The notes beneath the pieces were generated by a model. That model searched no databases. It was not told the DNA's origin and saw nothing but the letters and a program-made list of their open reading frames with translations. The translations under genes were made by a program, and so were the position numbers. A DNA stretch of 64,000 nucleotides from a virus: positions 1-64,000 of IMG/VR virus record IMGVR_UViG_3300028197_001952; one strand, 5' to 3'. Within the stretch, counting starts at the first letter, position 1; every line of letters begins with the position of its first letter. Shown here in pieces: positions 7,401 through 16,215 of the stretch.

Positions 7401-9973
7401 CCTCTTTTCTTAGTATCTTTTTCTTTGTTTTGATGTCCAGGTTTTTTACCATCATCATCAAAATCAATTGTATCTGGTTCAGCCATTGAACCTCTTTTTG
7501 CATATGATGAATATGTGTGATGTTTATTGAAATCTTTTTCAGCTTCTGATGATGGTTTACTAATCTTTACGCCTTTAAACTTATCTGTTACCTTAGTTGG
7601 TAAAGATTCTTTTAAGTTTGTTATCTTACTTGTTTTTTTCCAAGCCTTTTTATCAAATATAATATCATCCTGTACTAACAGTATCATTAATGCTCTACCA
7701 AACTTTAATTTATCTTTAATGTGAGTAAATTCTTTATTATCTTTTCTAGCCCACTTATACCATAATGCTGATAGAGTTAAAAACATCTTACCACCATTAT
7801 CTTTATTTTTTATAAGTTCTCTTTTGAACATACTTCTATTTTTGTATGCATATTTTTTAAAATCTAAATACACAAACTCATTAGGAGTATTCATAGGAAT
7901 GGGTCTACCTTCTTTTACAGTATTGTATTGATACTCTTTATTGGAATCTGCAGATTTTCTATAATCTTTATTTCTTTTATCGAACCTTTTCATATCTTCA
8001 GGTCCAGCATATCCTATCATTAGTTCATTGAATGTAGTTTTTTTAATTATCTTGCCTCTGATTGCCTCTTTGTGTACTTCCCTTTTCTGTTTAGTAGTAA
8101 GTTTATGATAATCAGGACCAAACATCTTATGTGCAATTACATCTAACATTTGAATCACTTTAACACCTCTAGTAACTTCCTTTTTACCTTGTGGATGTGC
8201 ATTTGTTGGTGAATCTTCATTCTTTTTTTCAAATTTTTCAACTTCCTTTGCACGTAATGCTGGTAAAAATCTAAATTTTGCTCTTTTTCTTACTCTACCT
8301 TTTTTTCTCACCACATTTTTATGAACTACTTGAGTTTGTGCAATAGATAAATCAGCTTTCTTAATACCAGGATATAATTCTTCGGAGAATTCAGCATAAA
8401 CTTGTCTGTATGCCATCTTGTAAGCAATCTTCTTAAGTTTAGAAAGAGGTTTTCTACGTTTCATTGTTCTTGCTCTTCTTCTAGCAATTTCCTTACCCTT
8501 CCCTGCCATTGCTGCTTTTCTTCTCAATCTATCAGCAGGTCGCATCTTTCCTCGTTCATCGAGTTCTTCATTCAAACCCATCTTCTCTCTCCACGAATCA
8601 AATGCATCATAATCATATTCTTGTTGTTGAGAATCCCATCCACATGAATGACATAAATACTTTTCACTATCATCAGATTCTATTTCCCATTGATGATTAC
8701 ACTTTTCACACTTTACTTCTGTTCCTGCAAGTTCAGCAATAAATCCTTCTTTTATCATTCTGAAGTTTACTACTTTTCTACCATTGATTGTTGGCATTCC
8801 ATGTTCATCTGTACCGATAGTTTTAATAACTGTTTTCTTATTCTTAAATCTACCAGTTAAAATAGTGTCTCCAACACTTACAGGTAATGTAATTGCTTCT
8901 TTTAATGAATTTTCAAATTCATCTTGTGATTTTTTATCACCTTTTTGAGAATCTAATGATTGTTCTTTTTCATCTTTATTAGTTTCCAATCCTTTTACTA
9001 TAGAATATCCTACTAACGATGCTTTTCTTGTTACGTGTTTGAACCATTTAGAATAAGCATCACTTGAATAGATATCTACTTGGTTAGTTGCAGTTTGTGT
9101 ACCAAGTACACCTGCTGGAAATGGAGTTACTGCTTTAACAGGACCATTTGGATATTCTGGATGTTCGTAATAATCTTCCAATTCCTTGGTAGTTATCATA
9201 TTTACAATTTCATATCCTATTTTTGCAGCTCGTTTTGCATTGATACGAGAAAATACTTCATAGTTTGGAAAAAATATATTTGGCCCATCATCTGATTGAC
9301 CGATTCCTACTGCAGAAGATTCATTTATCATCCATTCTTCAATTCTTTCTTTTGAAATGAAAATACCTTCGTTTAATTTATCAGTAATCATTTTAAAGAT
9401 ACCTGAATTAAACTTTCCATAAGCTCGTTTCTTAAAGAAATCTTTTTTATGATCATCAGAACCATTTGATAATCCATTTCTTACTTCAGTACCACTTACT
9501 GCACCACCAGACATTGGAGCTGCATAAACATAACCCCTATCTCTATATCCTTCCGATGGGTCTCCTTTGTATGTTTGAAAATATTTTCCACTATCAGGTC
9601 TTAATCTACTCTTATCTTTCTCACCAACAACAGTTACAAATGCAGTTGTTTCTTCATCGAACTTTTTAAGAATTTCTGTGGGTTTGTATGGGTCTCTAAC
9701 TTTATGTATTTTGGATTTTGGAATTCCAAACATAGTAGTCATAATTTTCACCTTCTCTTTGAAGTTAAAAGGTGATTTAGGTAATTGTACCTTATCAGAT
9801 GTACCAACATAAACGTTATCCTTACCGAACTTTTTTACAAGGTGTTGGTAAGTTCCATAGTGTCCTTTATGCATAGGTTGAAATCTACCTACATAAATAA
9901 CTACGGTCTTTTTAATAGGATTATCATCCTCAAGTAGTATTTGCTCTACTAAGTATTTTGAAAGTTCGCTCAT
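4412..9973 (-). CDS. Multidomain polyprotein: HIGH-family nucleotidyltransferase, Zn ribbon, basic region, HD hydrolase, CCA-adding/poly(A) polymerase-type NTase, RNA-ligase-like domain
   Basis: GRFQPMHKGH (HIGH); CEKC..CHSC; HPEGNVLKHT...FHDIGK (HD); LYVVGGAVRD..KDFDLA..RRDLTINA..EDPLR (class II tRNA nucleotidyltransferase); EKTDG..NLEVI..EGIVF..FKLTG (ATP-dependent ligase motifs). Confidence 0.85.
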   Translation of the reverse strand: MSELSKYLVEQILLEDDNPIKKTVVIYVGRFQPMHKGHYGTYQHLVKKFGKDNVYVGTSDKVQLPKSPFNFKEKVKIMTTMFGIPKSKIHKVRDPYKPTEILKKFDEETTAFVTVVGEKDKSRLRPDSGKYFQTYKGDPSEGYRDRGYVYAAPMSGGAVSGTEVRNGLSNGSDDHKKDFFKKRAYGKFNSGIFKMITDKLNEGIFISKERIEEWMINESSAVGIGQSDDGPNIFFPNYEVFSRINAKRAAKIGYEIVNMITTKELEDYYEHPEYPNGPVKAVTPFPAGVLGTQTATNQVDIYSSDAYSKWFKHVTRKASLVGYSIVKGLETNKDEKEQSLDSQKGDKKSQDEFENSLKEAITLPVSVGDTILTGRFKNKKTVIKTIGTDEHGMPTINGRKVVNFRMIKEGFIAELAGTEVKCEKCNHQWEIESDDSEKYLCHSCGWDSQQQEYDYDAFDSWREKMGLNEELDERGKMRPADRLRRKAAMAGKGKEIARRRARTMKRRKPLSKLKKIAYKMAYRQVYAEFSEELYPGIKKADLSIAQTQVVHKNVVRKKGRVRKRAKFRFLPALRAKEVEKFEKKNEDSPTNAHPQGKKEVTRGVKVIQMLDVIAHKMFGPDYHKLTTKQKREVHKEAIRGKIIKKTTFNELMIGYAGPEDMKRFDKRNKDYRKSADSNKEYQYNTVKEGRPIPMNTPNEFVYLDFKKYAYKNRSMFKRELIKNKDNGGKMFLTLSALWYKWARKDNKEFTHIKDKLKFGRALMILLVQDDIIFDKKAWKKTSKITNLKESLPTKVTDKFKGVKISKPSSEAEKDFNKHHTYSSYAKRGSMAEPDTIDFDDDGKKPGHQNKEKDTKKRGYEPIKEGLKDLGITDFKSLFKKMPSDLQKRVYNLKNFGQRVDKHPEGNVLKHTIVVVNRSIKEDDIDIAIAAMFHDIGKDETAGIHPKKGHITHFGHEKVSASLVKKYKKFIESVGGNPANVFYIVKNHMRYKQLSVMTPKKVNKLKSFRAFDKLGKFSKHDRSGLDEQCKRLPNESEQDYRNRCFGYDPLTPPPAGLQRLGENTLKLKVPSDIIKIQKAFKKNGKKLYVVGGAVRDAILGKSPKDFDLATDAKPDEVLKIAKDLGMKTVEVGKSFGVVIVGGHEIATFRKDIGKGRRPSAVDYTDIEGDVKRRDLTINALFYDIDRKEIVDLVGGIKDLKKKNIRTVGKASERFDEDPLRKLRALRFQARLGGNLDKELLDALQKDPSLKGVSYERVRDEVIKSIKSAKDTKKYMELNDKIGFTSLIFPNLKISKPYIKDNDYILFISSLLKKNAPSVLGKQLNKLTYTNDERNNIVFLVSLQHFKSEEIVIFKKLQNKTSLSDEQIIKFGKIIGKDMKKFIKFKLSVGGKDVPSDIKGPEMGVWIKNKEKEKFMNEIEQLISDIDNKLVEMFIPNTKTPQQLINENINESKLLQEGGAYGHMSHPFDTDINLTFGQLKDIVNRALEGTLEFTREKTDGQALAISWRDGRLVAARNKGHLKNKGENALDIKAVADKFAGRGELEKAYNFAMKDLSDSIKSLSEKQRDKVFKQGACFMNLEVIYPTSVNVIPYGQALLVFHGTMEFNMDGIAIGENGDAARILAGMIKQVNKDVQDNYTIQGPPVVNLPKSQSLSKSKSKYSSQISKLQKEFSLKDTDGVADYHQAWWSQWVDKNSPTSLDNKTKMGLVKRWAFFDKKFRLDKKNITDEKTLEWAKKTDKDDQKKIGKNNLMKFEQIFLGLGAEVLEFTSSALTVNPDKAVRDIKKRIDKTIKDVKKSGDPKKIEKLKLELGRLQSIGGSKKIVPNEGIVFVYGGNTFKLTGTFASVNQILGIFF

Positions 9974-9994
9974 ATGAATTATACAGTATCATTA

Positions 9995-10003
9995 TATAAA
10001 TAT
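9995..10003 (-). promoter_or_regulatory. ATATTTATA motif (putative phage late promoter)
   Basis: 21 nt upstream of the polyprotein start at 9973. Confidence 0.6.
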
Positions 10004-10017
10004 AAAGTATTGAATAA

Positions 10018-10134
10018 TTAGTGATTTTTATAGGTAAATGGATCTCTCTTGCGTAGTTCTTCTAACTTTTTTTTGTATATCTTATCTAATTTACGTTTCT
10101 TAAGATAAGTTTTAATAATTTTTACTATCTTCAT
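10018..10134 (-). CDS. Small basic hypothetical protein (38 aa)
   Basis: Manual translation MKIVKIIKTYLKKRKLDKIYKKKLEELRKRDPFTYKNH; fills the gap between two genes; below the ORF-track cutoff. Confidence 0.6.
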   Translation of the reverse strand: MKIVKIIKTYLKKRKLDKIYKKKLEELRKRDPFTYKNH

Positions 10135-10159
10135 AATTTTATATTTTTTGTATTATTAT

Positions 10160-10738
10160 CTATTTTGAAAGTATTGGATTTGTACAAGGCCATTGCATGT
10201 TAAATTTATTACTATTCCATTTTATTTTTTGTTGTTTATTTAAATCGTTAAATTCGCCATCATATGCGAGTTTACAATTTATGATACTTTCCTCTTTCAT
10301 TACATAATACCCACTTGCAAACATAGGGGGAATTAGTGCTTGAGTACCAGTTTCTGGTGAAAGTATAAAAGATTCGGATTTACCATATTGTGGATTATTA
10401 TTTATATTACCCCCTCTTAAATCTAATACTACTAAATGAATCGTACCATGAATACATGATAATAATTTCCAAGTTTTGTTATCATAATACATTCCTCGTA
10501 AAACTCCATCTTTTGATTTACTGTATGTATCGTGTTTAAATTTTAGACCCATGTTTCTATCAGCTGCTGGTAAAATTCTATCATAATAATCCGAATGATA
10601 TATTGTTGATTCTGAACCACCACGTTCATAATTAGTTGATGGTTGTATTATTTTTACCTGATTTAATATACTTCCATGATAAAAATGAAAATCATTCCAA
10701 TCTCTTTCTTTATAAAATATACTACGTCCTTGTGCCAT
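10160..10738 (-). CDS. rmlC: dTDP-4-dehydrorhamnose 3,5-epimerase family (cupin) protein
   Basis: SKSKDGVLRGM, KLLSCIHGTIHLVVLDLR, LIPPMFASG and the C-terminal WP..PILS motif. Start placed at MAQGR (10738) to avoid a long overlap. Confidence 0.8.
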   Translation of the reverse strand: MAQGRSIFYKERDWNDFHFYHGSILNQVKIIQPSTNYERGGSESTIYHSDYYDRILPAADRNMGLKFKHDTYSKSKDGVLRGMYYDNKTWKLLSCIHGTIHLVVLDLRGGNINNNPQYGKSESFILSPETGTQALIPPMFASGYYVMKEESIINCKLAYDGEFNDLNKQQKIKWNSNKFNMQWPCTNPILSK

Positions 10739-11435
10739 AACTTTGCTTTTGTTTTTTAATAAAGGAATCCCAATCTTCTTGTGTTCCCCAATCAATGAAA
10801 TCTCGTGTACTTCTGTTGAAAAATGTTTTTCCATTTAATAACATCTTAAAAATTACATGTGATATGTAGATTTCTCCTTCTTGTTTTATGGATTCATATG
10901 TATCTACAAATTCCATTGCATCTGAAAATGTGTATAACCCACAACAGAAATCCGATGAAATTACATTCTTCTCCACAATCGTTAAAACTTCACCGCTATC
11001 ATTCTTTTTTATATATGATTTATTTCCAGGTGTTATGTTTGTACAATTATTTAAAGAATATGTACAAACTTCGTTTTTACCAATCTTATCTATTTTAAAA
11101 TAATCATCGGCATCCTTAATAAATATAGAACCTGTTATATTCTTTTTCTCAATTGCCTGTGAAACTGTATCCGATGCACTATGTGTATCGTTTTCAAGTA
11201 GTAATAATTCGAAATTTAAAACATCCTTAAATTGTAAATTTACCAATTCAATAAGTTCACTTGTTAAATGTCTTTTTAATGCAACTATAATAATTCGGTC
11301 AAACGTACTTAATGGTAATCCCTGAATTGATTCGAATACCATTAAATTACCACTCGGGTGTTCAAGTAACCATTTTGGTAGTTCAGTAGTAAATCTACTA
11401 CTTTTACCTGCACATGGTATTATAAGATTTCGCAT
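10722..11435 (-). CDS. Sugar/phosphate nucleotidyltransferase (GT-A NTP-transferase)
   Basis: IIPCAGKSSRF..PKWLL, KDAD, EK..IS, DWGT. Confidence 0.85.
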   Translation of the reverse strand: MRNLIIPCAGKSSRFTTELPKWLLEHPSGNLMVFESIQGLPLSTFDRIIIVALKRHLTSELIELVNLQFKDVLNFELLLLENDTHSASDTVSQAIEKKNITGSIFIKDADDYFKIDKIGKNEVCTYSLNNCTNITPGNKSYIKKNDSGEVLTIVEKNVISSDFCCGLYTFSDAMEFVDTYESIKQEGEIYISHVIFKMLLNGKTFFNRSTRDFIDWGTQEDWDSFIKKQKQSYGTRT

Positions 11436-12169
11436 AACTTATTAATATTAGTTTGTAAATATTTTTTTATTTCAACATCATTCGTATATGGATAAATACG
11501 TTGTAAATTAATTATTTGTAACAATTCATATTTTTCTATTGGATAGTTTTCTACCAACCAATCATCAATATATGATAATCCAAGTTTTATTTTAGATAAA
11601 TCAGTTACACTACTTACCATATTTAAAGACCAGTACAGATGTGTATCTTGTCTTAATTTTACTAAGTCCATAGTTGGTGATTCAATATATGAATCTAAAA
11701 AATCTATTAGATATATTTCATCTGTAAATATCATGTTTGAAAGAGTCATATCTCCATGCGCCAATCCTACCTTTATTCGTATATCAATCTCATTATCTAG
11801 TAGTGGTAACAAAGTATCACCATTTGGTAATGATTTTAATTTATTCTTTAGTATCTGTATTGGTAACGTGGTTTCTCCAATAATACGCTCTTTGAAGTAT
11901 CCATCGAGTTTACGTATTAATCCATCTAAATCTCGTTTAGTTGCTAAAGTAAAGAATTGGGAAAATGATTCTCCTTGGATATATTCCATTAAGAAGGAAT
12001 CATTATTTATTTCAATTACGTTAGGTGATTTAAAGTAATTAGATTTAAATTCTTTTTGTTTTAGTGCAGACTTTACTAACCTAATATCACCAGTTGATGC
12101 AGATTTAGTTACTACGTTTTCATGTAGTTTTAAATTATAATTACTATGTCCTTTTACTTTAAAATCCAC
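11420..12169 (-). CDS. APH/choline kinase-like phosphotransferase
   Basis: MEYIQG, Brenner motif HGDMTLSNM, YLIDF. Confidence 0.8.
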   Translation of the reverse strand: MDFKVKGHSNYNLKLHENVVTKSASTGDIRLVKSALKQKEFKSNYFKSPNVIEINNDSFLMEYIQGESFSQFFTLATKRDLDGLIRKLDGYFKERIIGETTLPIQILKNKLKSLPNGDTLLPLLDNEIDIRIKVGLAHGDMTLSNMIFTDEIYLIDFLDSYIESPTMDLVKLRQDTHLYWSLNMVSSVTDLSKIKLGLSYIDDWLVENYPIEKYELLQIINLQRIYPYTNDVEIKKYLQTNINKLCEIL

Positions 12170-13140
12170 TTGTAATCCTTTAAACTATCTGTAATACACA
12201 ATCTTACCCATTCATCTCCTCTATCAGGTATTATACAATTCTTTCTAAATATAATATCCTCTGGTAATGGTGGTAAATCACTTTCTTTTATATGTAACCA
12301 ATTTGCTTGAGATGGAATTGATTTAATACCTCTATTATATAGTTCTATCATAAGTTTACCTCTCACAGATTTTACTGATTCAATATATTCATCAGCAAAC
12401 TCTTTATTTTTTATCAATGTTTCTACCCACTTATATGTTTGACCTGTTATTTCGTACATATCTCTAAATTGTACCATCTTTTCAATATTCTGTTTTTGAG
12501 AAAATACACATCCAAATCTAGTTCCTGCAGAACCATATGCTTTTGATAAAGTTCTTGTAACATATAAATTGGGATATTTATCAATCAAATCAATACAACT
12601 TTCTTCATCTGAAAATTCTATATATGCTTCATCAACTAAAGTTGGTTGTCCTATATCTAATATCTTAATCAAATCCTCTCTACAAATCACATCACCAATC
12701 GGTGAAGATGGATTTGATAATACTACAATAGAATTACTTGTAATTTTATCAAGGAATTCTAATATTGGAAATTTTATTACATGATATGGAACTTTTACTA
12801 TTTTTGTATCGTGCATTTGTCCATAAACATCGTACATTGGAAATGATGGCTCAGTAACTACTAATCGTTTTTTTCCCCAAAACCAATGTCGGTTTGAGTT
12901 TGCTTCAAAAAAGTATTTTATACATCTGTCAGAACCAAATCCCATAAGAAAATGTTCATATCCATAAAACTCAGTTAATGCTGGTTTTAATTTATTTACA
13001 TTAGGATAAAATTTAATATCTTCTTCTGTTAATGATTTTTTATAATCTTTAAATACCTTTCCCCAAGATGAATTTCTTTCTGCAGAATGTAATCTTAGTT
13101 TATCATGTGGTACTATAGGGTGAAATTTTCTTTTAATCAT
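12154..13140 (-). CDS. PLP-dependent class I/II aminotransferase or decarboxylase (HisC/CobD-like)
   Basis: GSD, NPSSPIG, DEAY, RTLSKAYGSAGTRFG (PLP lysine), SQANW. Confidence 0.88.
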   Translation of the reverse strand: MIKRKFHPIVPHDKLRLHSAERNSSWGKVFKDYKKSLTEEDIKFYPNVNKLKPALTEFYGYEHFLMGFGSDRCIKYFFEANSNRHWFWGKKRLVVTEPSFPMYDVYGQMHDTKIVKVPYHVIKFPILEFLDKITSNSIVVLSNPSSPIGDVICREDLIKILDIGQPTLVDEAYIEFSDEESCIDLIDKYPNLYVTRTLSKAYGSAGTRFGCVFSQKQNIEKMVQFRDMYEITGQTYKWVETLIKNKEFADEYIESVKSVRGKLMIELYNRGIKSIPSQANWLHIKESDLPPLPEDIIFRKNCIIPDRGDEWVRLCITDSLKDYKWILK

Positions 13141-13970
13141 TTGAATCTTCCTTTATAATAATCGTGATTATGTTCTTGTTCTTTATTGAATTTATTAAGT
13201 TCAATATACTGATTCTTCTGACTTAACATTGAGAATCTTTTTATTTCCGATAACATAGATGGTGTCATAGATACTTTTCCATCTCTAGTTTCATCTATTT
13301 CTAATATTGTAAAATGTCTTTCTAGTACATCTATACCTTGGAATATAGCTAATTTTGCAGTAAGTAAATTATCTTCATGTGGATTAGAATGGTCACTATA
13401 ACCAACCTTATCTAAACCAAAATAAAATCTATAAAAGTCTATATTTTGTAAGTTGGCTTTTTCTAAAGGAGTTGGGTAAACACACGTACATCCCAATAAA
13501 TAAAAGTCTATATCCATCTCTTTTAGGTTAGATACGGTTTTACTTATTTCATCTAAAGTTAAACTTGATGCAGAAAAGTATAATGTTTTGAACTTTATAT
13601 CTTTTAATAATTTACCATATCCAAACGCAGGTATTGAGTATCCAGATAGTTTCAAATTATCATAACCCAATGAATTAAAATATTCTGTGTGTCTTGGTGT
13701 GAATAATGTAGTCATAGATTCTACATCATGTTCCTTACATTTATCTATAAAGAATTTTTCATCTTCCCATGATAATTCAATACCCTTTAATCTTTGGTAC
13801 TCTTCCTTATATGGTCTAAACTCTTCATACTCTTCTCTCTTAGTAAACGTATCTGCTTTAATGGATTGTATTTTTAATATATCACTATCCACAGCTGCAA
13901 ACTCTATCATAGATTCTAAAATAGCTCTATCACCATTGTGATTTTGACATAACTCTGAAATTATTTTCAT
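13137..13970 (-). CDS. neuB: NeuB-family nonulosonic acid synthase, lacking the C-terminal SAF/antifreeze-like domain
   Basis: ISELCQNHNG, KIQ, CVYPT, GYSDH, LERHFT; only 277 aa. Confidence 0.85.
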   Translation of the reverse strand: MKIISELCQNHNGDRAILESMIEFAAVDSDILKIQSIKADTFTKREEYEEFRPYKEEYQRLKGIELSWEDEKFFIDKCKEHDVESMTTLFTPRHTEYFNSLGYDNLKLSGYSIPAFGYGKLLKDIKFKTLYFSASSLTLDEISKTVSNLKEMDIDFYLLGCTCVYPTPLEKANLQNIDFYRFYFGLDKVGYSDHSNPHEDNLLTAKLAIFQGIDVLERHFTILEIDETRDGKVSMTPSMLSEIKRFSMLSQKNQYIELNKFNKEQEHNHDYYKGRFK

Positions 13971-13972
13971 AA

Positions 13973-14797
13973 CTAATTCATTTTTTCGATTACTCTATTA
14001 TATGCTTTTTCTTGAGATTCCAATGCAGTACCCCCAACATGTGGTGTTATTATAATTTTATTATTTTTTATTGATAATAAAATAGAATTTTTAACACTAT
14101 GTTCATTTTGGATAACATCAGTTGCATATCCTTTTATTTTATCTTCATCTATTAGAGTTAAAATATCCAATTCATTGATAATCTCTCCTCTACTTGTATT
14201 TACTATATATATTTCTTTTTGGAATTTTGATATATATTTTGAATCTATCATACCAATATTTTCATCACGCAAATCTACATTTATACTTAAGAAATCAGTT
14301 TCATTAAAAAATTGACTATCTGTATAATTTATATCTGATGTGTATACATTTTTAAATATTGGTTTACAGATGTGTTCAATCATTTTTCCTAATCTACCAT
14401 ATCCAAGAATACCAAGAGTTTTTTCATGTAACTCTACAATATTTTTTGTATTTCTTGGTAGTGATAACATTAAATATAAATTGTGTTCGGCAGTTGACCA
14501 TATGTTTTCCAAAACCTTATCATTTTTAATTGAAATAACAGGTATTGATACATCTATATGATTTGTTCCAGTTGATGGGGATACTACCATAGATATTTTT
14601 GTATTTTTTATAAAATCATCTGTTATTTGAAACTTTTGGTAATTTGGTGCAGAAAACAAATAATCACTAGTTTGTATACTATACTTTTGTTCCAATTCTG
14701 TTAAGTCTGATAAATCTAAACACTTGTATTTAGATTCAACATTTTTTTTAAAATTTGGTAAGTGTTTGTATGGTGTTAAAAATGCAATTCGTTTCAT
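13973..14797 (-). CDS. D-isomer-specific 2-hydroxyacid dehydrogenase family
   Basis: STGTNHID, TAEH, GILGYGRLG, NTSRG, ATDV, ITPHVGG. Start placed at MKRIAF (ATGA overlap with the upstream stop). Confidence 0.87.
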   Translation of the reverse strand: MKRIAFLTPYKHLPNFKKNVESKYKCLDLSDLTELEQKYSIQTSDYLFSAPNYQKFQITDDFIKNTKISMVVSPSTGTNHIDVSIPVISIKNDKVLENIWSTAEHNLYLMLSLPRNTKNIVELHEKTLGILGYGRLGKMIEHICKPIFKNVYTSDINYTDSQFFNETDFLSINVDLRDENIGMIDSKYISKFQKEIYIVNTSRGEIINELDILTLIDEDKIKGYATDVIQNEHSVKNSILLSIKNNKIIITPHVGGTALESQEKAYNRVIEKMN

Positions 14798-16206
14798 GGT
14801 GTGTAAAATGATTTTGGTAAAATCCATTCTTTATAGTTTTTACCAGTTTTCCAATATTCATGCTCACAATTTATTATTGCAATTTTATTATCATCACTTC
14901 GTGTCATAGATACTTCAGAATTTATACAAAATAAAAATTCATGTATATCTCTATCATTTATTCCAATTACATGCGTTTCCATATACATACAAATTCCACT
15001 AAAATTATTTTTTGTTACCAACTCTTTCCAACTATCAACGGAAGGTCTAATAAAACATTCATCAAGTGGTGAGTAGTGAGGTTGAAAGATAAAAGTTTTA
15101 GAATTAGAAAATACTTCTTTCAGTAATTTTTTATTTTCATATAAAAAATTGTAATATTTTTGTACTAATTTATATTCATCGGAATTCCATTGATCAGTTT
15201 GATTAGAAATACCCAAATTATTTAAGTTCTGACCAGTGGAAATTATTTCATTATAACTATTATATAAATCTGATATATTTGATTTGTATTTTATGTGATT
15301 TGGATATCCTTTCTTGTGTTTATTATGGTTATAGTATAAATGTTGTTGGTTTATTTTATTTTTATTATCTAACAAGTGTACGTTACTCGTGTATATGTTA
15401 AATCTGTTATTTGATAATAATTTATAAAAGGAATTTATAGATTTTAGTGATTTAGATTTATATGAATCAGATGAATGGTGGCTACGATATACTCCTCCCA
15501 AAAAAGATTTACCTTTAATACTAAAACACTTTAGTATAGTAATATCAAATTCTTTGTGTTTTTTAAATCCCCTATCATAGTCAATACCCTCAATACTTGG
15601 TGTTGAGAAAGTGGCTACTATATTATTTTTATCTACATTAGAATTTGGTCTATAAACTTTAAGTAACTGCTCAATTGTTTCAATTTTTGTAATATAGTTA
15701 CTGACATTCATTTTGACATTATGTTCCTTCTTTACATAAATTAATACGTTTTTTAAATTGGTTCGTGTAAAAACACTACCTTGTGCTCTTGTTTGACCTG
15801 GATGAATTATAAATTCATAATTATCGATTGAATCATCATTAAGATTTATTATTGTATTGTAATGTGATTCATCATTTGGTTTAAAACTTACATGTAGTGG
15901 CAAATTTGTATCGAAATCACAATCAAGTAGTTCATTTACTATATTAATTCGTTGCCTTAATGTATATGGTGCATCACCACGTTCAAAATATTCATCTATA
16001 CGTTTGAATGCATTTGAGTAATCATCAAGTGATTTAAATAATCCTGTATTATCATACATCCAATTATTTCTTACATCGGTATTTGTTGAAGTTTGTGCTC
16101 CACAATCTTTAGCTGCAACTGCCCATGGTAATGATGTAACATGATATATATCTTGTTTTGATAAAATTTCATTTATCATAGATTTATCATACTCTGATAT
16201 AATCAT
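14794..16206 (-). CDS. Hypothetical protein in the glycan cluster
   Basis: 470-aa ORF in operon context; no motif recognised. Confidence 0.7.
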   Translation of the reverse strand: MIISEYDKSMINEILSKQDIYHVTSLPWAVAAKDCGAQTSTNTDVRNNWMYDNTGLFKSLDDYSNAFKRIDEYFERGDAPYTLRQRINIVNELLDCDFDTNLPLHVSFKPNDESHYNTIINLNDDSIDNYEFIIHPGQTRAQGSVFTRTNLKNVLIYVKKEHNVKMNVSNYITKIETIEQLLKVYRPNSNVDKNNIVATFSTPSIEGIDYDRGFKKHKEFDITILKCFSIKGKSFLGGVYRSHHSSDSYKSKSLKSINSFYKLLSNNRFNIYTSNVHLLDNKNKINQQHLYYNHNKHKKGYPNHIKYKSNISDLYNSYNEIISTGQNLNNLGISNQTDQWNSDEYKLVQKYYNFLYENKKLLKEVFSNSKTFIFQPHYSPLDECFIRPSVDSWKELVTKNNFSGICMYMETHVIGINDRDIHEFLFCINSEVSMTRSDDNKIAIINCEHEYWKTGKNYKEWILPKSFYTP

Positions 16207-16215
16207 AATTTATAT

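Noticed and set aside
12154-14797. hisC and serA as amino-acid biosynthesis auxiliary metabolic genes
   Set aside because: Both are embedded in a glycan operon with no other His or Ser pathway genes, so only family-level calls are justified.
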